A program made the translations under genes and the position numbers. This document shows, in pieces, positions 54,001 to 64,000 of a stretch of 64,000 nt of DNA (positions are counted from its first letter, which is position 1; the number at the start of each line of letters is the position of its first letter). Under the pieces are notes generated by a model that was not told the DNA's origin, did no database searches, and worked only from the letters and a program-made list of their open reading frames with translations. Origin of the DNA: Owenia fusiformis (taxonomy: Eukaryota); contig CAIIXF020000001.1 of NCBI GenBank assembly GCA_903813345.2, positions 26,722,001-26,786,000 on the forward strand, given 5' to 3'.

Positions 54001-57000
54001 CAGTTTTATATACTAGTAGTAGTCCAGCGGAATAATGGCATATTGAAACTTTTGGTTGCCTTCTAGGATGTATGCTATATCTTTGTATTTTCTTTATCTA
54101 TATGTTAATTACTTTCAAAATCAGAACTGTGCCGGACTGGCACTGGTGGGCAAAATTTTTTACAGCATTGTATAGGTGGCGCCCCTTGTAAAATGCCCAT
54201 TTCACCAAAAAAAAATTGTTAAAGGGCTGTTGGTAGAGTTGAAAACTTTAACCAATTCAGATAAACTGTATTTAGTCTAAACAACATGTCAACTTTGTTT
54301 CATTACATAGAATCACAAATTTAATGAGATATGCTTGATTTGTTACCCTAGCGCCACCTATTTTTAAGGGGTCACTAGGTTTAATAAGCATATTTTGCAA
54401 ACTAAACAAAGTTGTGATCTGAAATTATTCATGACTTTAAATTAACCCATGTCAGAGATAGTGTGAAAATATGAGACTTGTACTTTATTTATTTGAAGAG
54501 AAAAAAATATATTAATATAGACTTCCTTGTATTCAGCAATATTAATATGTATGAAAAATATCACTGTTATTACTGTGAAACATTGAAAAATATAATATCA
54601 GCAGATTCTGTTAGTCTATCTATCAAACTAAGCTATTTATGTAAGATACATAGGTTCTTTAAATTAAAATATTTCAGAAAATTATAATGTATACCCTTTT
54701 ATAGGGGGAGGGGGGGGGGGTAGATGACACGTTTAAAATGTGAAAGAAACTCATTGTTGACAGTGTAAGTAGGTCATCCCTGTTGTATAAGGGTTAAATC
54801 TTAGACCATTTATTGGAAGTGTTACATCTGTACCAGGGACACCATCATTCGGGGGCTACAATACTAGGAAACTAGGACTAGTGGCGCCATCATTAAACCT
54901 GCAATAAAACTTGCCTACAGCCCACTTCTTGATGTTAAGCCAGTGGACCCAAGCACAATGTTAACCATCATGCATCAGGCAAAGGAGTTGACCTAGACAT
55001 ATAAGCAAGATTACACAATTTTTAGAATGCACCAGCAATTGTACAAAGTAGCCACTGATGTCATTTTCTGGACCCCAACAACCTTTATTATACAGGGTGG
55101 TCAAAAATGGAAACCCTTACACCATTTTCCTCATATCTTTGTCATTTTAAAAAATAACTCCCTGATATTTTGTATTTGTACATCATTCAATTTGCTACAA
55201 GCCTACTGAATTTCATGACCATCAGATTGATAGTCACAATGTTACAGCACTTTAAAGAACATACCCCAGTGGCCACTTTTGCGCTGTCGGGAACCTGTAC
55301 TCGTAATCTAAAATGTCCCTACCTGCGGGGATATGGCAGTGATAGAGTATATTAGAATGACCTCAGGACAATTGCAAACCTCAAAACTGAGACCATCCGT
55401 GTCATTCAGGCCATACCTGCTGAGGAATGCATTCGGGTCATTGATAACTGTGCTGTTTTGTCTACAGTGCTGTGAGATTGTGACTATCTGATGGTCATGA
55501 AATATGGTAGAGTGGTAGGAAACTGAATGATGTACAAATGTGTGAAATATCAGGGAGTAATTTCCGAGAATGACAAAGATATAAGGAAAATGTAGGGTTT
55601 CCATTTTTTGACCACCCTGTACATTCATCAACAGGCTCTGGGACATGTACATGCTCATGAGTTTTTTTGGTTGTGTCGGCATCCTAATGTCAGACAGTTG
55701 AAAAGTAGAGATAACCAATTTGCTGGGGTAACCAAGATTAACAGGCAAGAATTACCCTAACAATGTTCATGACAAGCATTGAGACTCCTTGTTGAAGAAC
55801 TTTCGAGGCAAGTAATTCATCAGGAAAACAGCTACCAGGAACTCATAGATGTTCTTAACTCTAAATTGTCAGAAAGAAAAACTACAAATGCCAGTATTTA
55901 TCACGGTGCAACTTGTTAGGGCTGAAAGGGAAGGCAACTGGCTGCTCCATTTGGCTGCTGTTGACCCATCTATGCGTCCATATTTCTTTGCTGCATGACA
56001 ATATAACTAGTAAGGACTGTTATGTCTACGAGACATGGAGAGACTTCCACAGAATGTTGTTGATGAATGTTGTTTCTCCTAGGACAGCATATCACCCGTC
56101 ATCCCATTTGGAATGGAATCTGGTTAGATATGATGATAGAGACCACTTATTAGTACCAACGAAATGTTCTGCAAAGCAAGCCAAATGTCCTGTTTAAGAA
56201 CCCCTATTCTTGCCTTTGAAAATGGATTATAGCAATACTATCCCACATGAATCTACTTGTTTAGACTCAATCAACTGTTCTTCTGAGAAAATAAGGATTT
56301 TCATGACAAGCATTGAGACGCATTGAACAACATTTTAGCAAGGGTGCATTGACTGAACATGGGGAAAACACCATTGACCATTGACTTATAGTGGGGACAA
56401 CATCAGGTATGTCCCCATGTTAAGTCGATGCACCCTTGCTGAAATCCTCAATTTCTCAGAAGAACTCAATAATCTCAACAAGTAGATTCCTGTTGGGTAA
56501 TATTGCTAGAATTCATTTTCGAAAGTTAAAATAGGAGTTCTTAAATGGGACATCAACAACAATAGCTATCATTAAGCTTTCAATGTGCAGTCTTTGAATG
56601 ATGACATGTTTAAGGACAGAGTGAAACAGTGAAACATTGCCTCAACTGCATTGACTTTGGTGGTGATTAATTTGAAGGACTATGAGTTAAAATGTAGTCT
56701 TACATGTAAATTTGATATATTTGGAGTTATGACATCATGTAGAAAAACTCAATAAATTGCCTTCAAACGCGACTTAAAACAGGGTGCCCCACCTACCCAA
56801 AACAATTGTCACCATAGCAACAGCAATAACAACGGAACTGATGCTAACCCATTGTCCTTGGTCTTGTTTAATAGGTTAATATTTTCAACATTATCTGTGA
56901 AAATTTCAATGAAATTGAATGAAGTATGAAGAAAAAAGAGCAGTTGGTTACTTGCTTTCTGATCGGGCCTCGTACTCTTGAGTTTGAGCCTGGTAATAAA

Positions 57001-60000
57001 CTGGCAACTTGATACAGGGGTGTCAGAAGGATTTCGCAAGGGAGGGGGTTGACTTTTGGACATGGATGGATTGTGCGTGAAGCATGGATTGGGGGGGGGG
57101 GGGCATGCCCTCAGAAAATGTTCAGATTTAGATCCTCTCTGATGCATTATGAACATCTCAGCACAATATTCCCAATAATAAAAACAAGAGAAAATTGTGT
57201 TTAAAGAAAACTAGCTTGACTTTGACTAAAATTCTTTGAATTTTACTAAAATATACATTTTGCTCTTATTCTCCAAAGTATTTACATACTGTATAGGTTC
57301 TTTAGAAACAATGGTACAGAATAACATATGTAAATATATTAATGATAAATGAGATCTTCTATGCTTGATATACACTAAATAATGGCATAGTATCATTTGA
57401 CTTTAATTAGCTCTCAAGAGCTTTCAAATTCTAGCCTAAAATAAATCTGGGAAAGGGAGGAGGCGGTCATTCCCAGCGCCCTCCCCCTTCCAAAGCCAAT
57501 GTTGATATGAAAACTATCAAGTCATTTGAGCTAGGCCAATGCCACCCATCCACACCTCTATGTTTGATGAATCTGGTAACCTGAAAACACCAACAAACAA
57601 ATATGTTATGAACACCAAAACTGGAAGAAAAAATATCAATGAAGTATATGACGACACTAGTGTCTTAATCCTATTGCTTCACTACTATAAAAAACACCAT
57701 CTAATTGCTTATGTTACGATGGAGTCTGTGTCAACTTCTAACAAAAATGTCACCTCACAACTTCTTGCTGCCCGCAGCCTGAAAGACTGTGACAAAACAT
57801 CTAGTCTTTATCCCATAGGCAAGACTAAAGCAGTTAACACCAGACTTGAAATGCTCCTTTAAGTTGGATTGGAGAAGACCACATACCAATATCTGATGGA
57901 AAGACACAGGCTACTAAATTCACAGCAGCATGTTATGGTATCAATCCAGTCATCTGATGTTAGATATGCTGTGTGGACCAAGAGAAATGCTGCCAGAACT
58001 ACAATCATTGCCACCTTCAAACAAGGCCTTTGAGGAAACATGCTCATCTACAAACATCCCTGTGTAAACATGCAACCCAACCCTTACCTCCTAAGTTGCA
58101 ACCACTGGAGTATGGCTGGCAAATGGATATTGTCAACAACATGTTAGTGTCAGTTAAACTTCCACCAAATGTTTTGTGTGCACCAGACTCAGTGTTAAAG
58201 ATGATACATTGTACACGTGAGAAGTGGTATAGATTGTTGTCTGTGCTGTAAGACTACTTCGTCCTGCAGTATATTTTGCCTTTGCAAAGGTGAAGAGTGT
58301 TGCATAAACATACCAGACTAATGGTCACAGTCACCAATGAAACAAATGATGATGATCTTGATGAAGAAATTGTTCTGCAAGCTGTCCAAGAAGTATGGAT
58401 AGAGACACCAAAAATGATACCCTTGTTAACGGAATAAAAGCTGACACTCAATGAGCTACAATATCTTTGACAAAGGATGGTAAATTAATTTATTAATGAT
58501 AGATACAAATTTTTATGAACAGTATTTCAAACCCTTTCATCATCCAGTAACTGTCCAGCCTTGCCTGTATGAAGTTAATAAGTATTCCATGTTAACATCT
58601 ACTCAATAGCAGAATGTCCGGTAACATAACCCCCCCCCCTTCAGACATGGTGGCATGACCATAGGTTATATACTAAACAATTAGTGCTCAATCCTTGATT
58701 TCTGTTTTCATGTGTTAAAATTAAAATAATTACTTCATATAATAAAATGTTTTTAAATTCATGATGGTGTTAAGGATAATTTAGTCAAAATAGACTTTTG
58801 AATGTAACCTTTGTACGAATTGCATCGTTTAATATTAGGATTTACTGTAATAACAAATAATTTTTTACTCTTAAAATATTTAAGACAGAAGTTTTTTATT
58901 TTAACACCATCCCAAACATGTATCAAGTCATATCTATGAATAATGTTAGATCACAATTACGCTTTGTTCAAATTTTATGCCTTCAAAACATAGTGACCCC
59001 TTGGAATATATGTGATATCAGGGGGATAAATGACCAGTACTCTGTAAATATGAGATTTTAGGTAAGGAAAAAAAATAGACATGCTATTAAGGTTATATAA
59101 CAGGTTATACTAGGTGGCTTGAGTTAAAGACTCTGCTCAAGATCATTGAAAAAAAAATCCTTAATTAGAAGGGTATTTCATAGGGGGCGCCACCTTTACA
59201 AGGCTGTAAAAAATTTTGCCCACCAGTGCCAAACCGGCACAGTTCTGATTTTGAAAGTCAATAACATATAGATGAAGAAAATACAAAGACATAGCATACA
59301 TCCTAGAAGGCAACCAGTTCCATCGATTCCGCAGGACTATAGGGTGTTTGTTAACTTTTAAAAGTTTCTTCCTTGATAGTACATATAGCACCACATTTAC
59401 ATTCTGAAGATTATTTTGTTTATATGTCAACATAAAATCTTGTCTTATCTTTATCACAGGCTGGTATCGAAATATTTGTCCGCTGTGACGGAGCATGCTA
59501 TTTTTCATAAAAACACTAAGAATACTTCACGATTTATTTTTTAACTAATATGTTTCGTTATACCATACACAATTACTTACTCCATGCAATGGATATATCA
59601 TTTGCGGGTAACTTTCACTTCTGTTTGAAGTCCAATTACGCTGGGAAGAAAAGCTATTGAAAATGGCGCCGGAGTATCATAGTTCAAAATGTACCATTTC
59701 TTGTTTAACTTTCTAATGGCACGATATAGTGACACGATAATATTTACACATGGTTTCAGCATAACTATGAGGGTATAAATGAGATGTTGATGTATTTGGT
59801 TTTTTTAATTCTTTTATAAAAAATATTGTTTAATTTTTTTGTCCGCTGTGACGGAGCAGTTGCAAATGTGAACTGTGAAAATGCTCCGTCACAGCGGACA
59901 AAAAATATTAATATTATTTTTTATAAAAAAATCTAAAAGACCCAATGCATTAATATCTCATTAATACATTCAGAGTTATGCTGAAAACATATGTTAATAT

Positions 60001-62605
60001 TATCTTGTCACTATATCATGCCATTAAAAAGTTAAAAAAGAAATGGTACATTTTAGAGTTTGATACTCTGGCGCCGTTTTCAATAGATTTTACTCCTAGC
60101 GTTGTTGGACTTCAAACAGAAGTGGAGGTTACACGTAAATGATATATCCATTGCATGGAGTAAGTAATTATCTTTGATATAACGAAACATATGAGTTAAA
60201 AAATAAATCGTGAAGCATTCTTAGTGTTTTTATGAAAAATAGCATGCTCCGTCACAGCGGACAAATCTTTCCATACCAGCCTGTGTTTATGTAGGAGATT
60301 AAAGAAAAACTACAAAAGGAAAGCCAACTTGAGAGTCACAATCGTCATACATCATTTATATGTGCGATCCTTAGTCATGGTGCCAAGGGTAATAGGATCT
60401 ATGGAGTGGATGGGGATACCATAGCTATGAAGGATATAAAGGAAATATTTCAAAATTGTCCAGCTTTGACAGGGAAACCAAAGATTTTTATTGTGCAAGC
60501 TTGTCAGGGCAGTGAGTATTTATTTTCGTTGACATGCATTTACCCAACAGAAAAGAATCTGTTTGTGTAAGAATTAGTAGTAAAAGGATTTAAACCCAGG
60601 ATTTAATGAATTGTAGATGGTATTTAATCATATGTAAGTCTTGTTATATCACCACCCAAAGTGGTGACATATTGTTTTTGTCTCGGTTGGTGGTTAAATG
60701 TTGGCATCCGGTGGCTGGCGATCGGTGTCTGTAACAAATTCCTACAACTTCCAATACCTTAACAAATACTGTTTAGACTGACTTCAAATGATACTTCTCA
60801 AGGTCAAAAAAGGTCAATTCTTTTCAAAATCTTATCTGCGATAAGAGGATAATTTACCAAGACCAACATATTTCTGCTGAGGTTTTACTGACTTTGAATA
60901 GGGGGAAAACACTGCATGTAACAACCATAATTGAATTCATTTTTTCAGGTGCAAAAGACACTGGGGTTTTGGATACCAGTTTTAATTCCAGCATGTCATA
61001 TGACACAGATCAAGGACGTCAATCTCCTGTGCAATTTTCTAATCGAATCAAACCTGCCCCTTGTGAATCAACTGATCCATCACTAAAGTCTCCAACTGAA
61101 TCAGGGGACGACTCTATGGATGCAAGCTATGGGGAATTTGGTGACTCAATAGATTCAGTCCCAACAAGCATGCCCACGGCACAATCTTGTGATTCACTAA
61201 AAAGTCTTCCTGGTAACTCAGATATCCTCGTTGCGAATGCGACAACAGATGGTAGGTAAACTTGTACATAATGATACTTTTTACTGCTTTAAGACTATAC
61301 AGGATGGGCCATAAATAAGTAGTGCACTTTGCTTTGAAGGCTATGTTCATAGAATAGCATATGATGCATGGATGAAATGTATTTCATTATTTTCATTGAT
61401 GAACGTTGTTTTGTTCTTTTTATCCATCATATTCATACTGTTATGCCCCCTAAAATCCATGATCAGGTTATTGATAGTGACTTCTATTGATACAATACTT
61501 AGTATATCCATTATTTAAAAGTGAAGAAGAGTTCTTTTTTGTCCCACCCTGTGTAATAACAATAAATAAAAAGTGAAAAAAAACTGATTGGGCAAAATAA
61601 TGTATTTATTGACCGACTCACATAGGAGACACTTGTGCTCCCTTTTCATATAATAATCAACTTTAACATAAAAATTGTAAGTCCTATGAGGAAGAGTACA
61701 CCTCTGTTCACTACTTTTGCAGATATGGCCTCGTGGAGAATACCAGATGTGGGCACTTGGTTCATTCAAGCCATCATATATGTGTTTGCTAGATATGCAC
61801 ATAACACTGAGATAGGACATCTCTTCAGGAAGGTATGTTATATGTGTATTATAATTTGGATTGGGTGGAGAGAGAACTGAAATATTCACTTGATTTGCCA
61901 TTTTTTAAAGTATTTGAAATTAAAATACATTAAAGGCAGAATCTGATCAATAACAATATCTCCCAAAAGATTCACAATATGTTATAAATCGGTGAAGTTA
62001 TTAATGTTTCAAAGTGCAAAAATGAGTGAAAAATGTTTAAATTCTCCCAAATAATAAGAATGGTAACCATTCTTATAGAAAAATAATACATTATTGTAAA
62101 AATCTTTAGTTTTCCTTGAATAAAGTATGCACTTTTGTGATTTTTAGAAAATAGACATGACAAGGAATGACATGAGCCAAAAATATTCTAAAATTGAAAC
62201 AATTTTTTGTTAAGCCTGCTCACTATCTCTGATTCTCTCTTTAACTCAGGCTACCTGTAGATGCATCATTCATTTCGTTTAATAATTAATATGTTTCTAA
62301 CTTTGTAAATCTTTAATCGAGGCTGGGCAAAAAATGTACCTTTATAATGTTATTTTAATGTTTGTTACTGTATTAGTTAAGTTTATCTTTTGTACTCTTA
62401 TACCCTATAAAGGGTGAATTGAGAAATAAATAAATAAATAAATAAAAATAAATAAATAAAAAATATATTGTAGGTGAATCATTTAGTATCAAAGGCCACA
62501 ACAAAGAAGCTTCCACTACAGTACAAACAACAGTCCTGCATAGATGAAACTCTAAGACTGCAGCTGTATTTCTATCCCGGCATGGGCTCTGAAAATGTTT
62601 TATAA
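51048..62605 (+). CDS. CARD-prodomain initiator caspase (caspase-2/9-like), about 501 aa
   Basis: Exons 51048-51188, 51562-51862, 52521-52633, 53683-53871, 60295-60511, 60949-61251, 61723-61832, 62474-62605 total 1506 nt in frame. CARD (FLDLIVRRGPKAFNELYEAL), p20 (YPMNSSPKGRMIIINNKNF, REGTDND, ILSHG, KPKIFIVQACQG), p10 (SWRIPDVGTWFIQ, LYFYPG). Confidence 0.93.
52310..52480 (-). mobile_element. Second, truncated copy of the Helentron/HINE-like element
   Basis: Reverse complement of the 27940-28115 end: stem-loop, (GTCC)n and GATAACTCAAATAC. Confidence 0.75.
52747..53429. mobile_element. MITE (TGTCCTGTTTAAGAACC family)
   Basis: Inverted ends; shares terminal and internal sequence with 56186-56552. 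Confidence 0.65.
55093..55619. mobile_element. Tc1/mariner MITE nested in the Academ element
   Basis: TA|CAGGGTGGTCAAAAATGGAAACCC...GGGTTTCCATTTTTTGACCACCCTG|TA. Confidence 0.88.
56186..56552. mobile_element. Palindromic MITE nested in the Academ element
   Basis: TGTCCTGTTTAAGAACCCCTATT...AATAGGAGTTCTTAAATGGGACA. Confidence 0.75.
57015..57501. mobile_element. Degenerate hAT-type element nested in the Academ element
   Basis: Starts CAGGGGTGTCAG; G/C-run subtermini; TTGATA on both flanks. Right end is poorly conserved. Confidence 0.45.
59455..60285. mobile_element. Palindromic MITE with CAC...GTG ends and 5-bp TSD (TTTAT)
   Basis: CACAGGCTGGTATCGAAA...TTTCCATACCAGCCTGTG; ~410-bp arms; TTTAT at 59450-59454 and 60286-60290. 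Confidence 0.92.
62424..62463 (+). repeat. (AAAT)n tract, probably a retroelement tail
   Basis: Directly upstream of the last caspase acceptor and preceded by T-rich sequence resembling a LINE 3' UTR. Confidence 0.7.
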
Positions 62606-62638
62606 CTGCAGCTGTAAATGAAACCTGGCTTGTTAATA

Positions 62639-62977
62639 CTGTAGATTGGGTTAATTTGACGCCTTGGCAGTTTTGGCGAAATAGAAGAAACAGTCAATTT
62701 ATATCTTCTGGCAAAGTTCCGAAAAATTCGAGGGGTCTTTCCTGGGAATTTCGTCCTGTATTCTGTGAATTAAGTCACTTCTGGTTTAGTTTTTTACAAA
62801 ATCAGAATCACTTCTAAATTGGATCAGGGCGAACTATTTTCTAGTCAATACTGATGGAAAAGTAAATAAAAAAGCAGCATCCATTGAGGTTCAAAATGTT
62901 CGCCAAATTAAATTGCTGTAAACATGCCAAAAATGGCAAAATCTCCCAATTAAGTAGCACCAAAACCCAATCTACAG
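62639..62977. mobile_element. TA-flanked MITE just after the caspase stop codon
   Basis: TA|CTGTAGATTGGGTT...AACCCAATCTACAG|TA. Confidence 0.8.
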
Positions 62978-64000
62978 TAGGTCTAACAACATATATATGG
63001 AGCTATGTGGATTTGTGATCTTATCACTGCAGTATCATTAAGTATTACATTATCCCATGTTTGCGAGGATATAGATCGAGTATCACATTAAAATATATTT
63101 GATATGTGGATCAAGATATCATATTTTAGCAAAAGATTCTCCCAAATAAGTTTTATTGGATGGTTTCAAAAGTGATGTAGTGATGCACAAACATGTATTG
63201 CTTTATATGTTCCCATGGTATACTTTGACCATGATTGAGATTGAGCGGATGTATGAACTTTGCAAATTTCATAAAATATATTTTTGTATACAGTATTATG
63301 AAAATCCATATAGACTAATAGGCTAATATAACTGTTGATATGATCAAATGGTGATTGTACAATTTTTTCGGACTTAAAATTGCTAATTTTAACAGCCTTT
63401 GGGCAGTTGGACAATCTATTACAAAACTTTTCACAGAAACAAGAACAGACTAGTGGCAAGACCTAAATAGATTTTGAGCTTGCTGTGTAAATTAAAAATT
63501 TCATCGTCGCTTTCCACTGGGTCTAGAGAACTAGGAACAATCGAAACCTTGTGAATCAAGATTTTAAATTTCAAATGTAATATTTATAACATGTAACACT
63601 ATTCACTATGTGTCTTGTTTACTAGTTGGCTATTCATGAACATATGGATTTACATATTAAAGCTTTGTACACTGCAGTAGGGAGTTTGATGGTTCTGACT
63701 GCTACTGATTTGTCCAGTGATTTTGCCACTGCATGTTATATTCATGATTTAACTCTTGGTGAGAGTTATGCAATTATAGAATGCAATGAATTTTCTTAAT
63801 TAAGATCTTAATTGAAATCTGAATAAGTGAAAATATTACCTGTTTTTCATTTTTCCTATTTTCACTGAACATAATTTTCAGCAAATTTAAAAACAAGTGA
63901 AATATAATAAACATTATATTATTGTCAAGTTGTAAGTTGAATTAAATCAAAACCAAAATTGAAAAATGCTCACTTACTATGATTTAGCACCAGTGGTATG

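Larger units (their letters stand above)
54020..59339 (+). mobile_element. Decayed Academ DNA transposon in caspase intron 4
   Basis: TAG|TAGTCC...GGACTA|TAG (TAG..CTA ends, 3-bp TSD); TIRs longer than 150 bp; broken transposase segments QQLYKVATDVIFW, DDTSVLILLLH, LLAARSLKDCDKTSSLYPIGKTKAV and HAHLQ..PLEYGW..APDSVLKMIHC. Confidence 0.85.

Noticed and set aside
57539..58251. Intact nested gene in the caspase intron
   Set aside because: Frameshifted, stop-interrupted Academ transposase remnants.

Overview
AT-rich, intron-containing animal genomic DNA; gene and repeat content suggest a marine invertebrate, probably a mollusc or other lophotrochozoan (inference). Six protein-coding genes were reconstructed by hand from GT-AG junctions: the 5' part of NEURL4 (-, 11 exons, runs off the left edge), a single-exon ANKRD63/ANKRD34-like ankyrin gene (+), a two-exon FAM167-like gene (+), MRI1 (-, 5 exons), ELOF1 (-, 3 coding exons, with a U12-type intron) and a CARD-prodomain caspase with a QACQG active site (+, 8 exons). 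Introns and intergenic DNA are dense with DNA-transposon derivatives: a decayed 5.3-kb Academ element, CAG-ended hAT-type elements with 5-bp target duplications, three unrelated palindromic MITEs that all start CACAGG (two with 5-bp TSDs, Transib/RAG-like), a 4-kb foldback of two inverted ~84-bp satellite arrays, Tc1/mariner, Kolobok-, Harbinger- and Mutator-type MITEs, Helentron-like elements, a tRNA-derived SINE and LINE tails. There is no CRISPR array and no prokaryotic system. I found no clearly new biological system; the best leads are the CAC-ended MITE group, the nested satellite foldback, an intron made entirely of repeat, and a possible truncating alternative last exon in the caspase.
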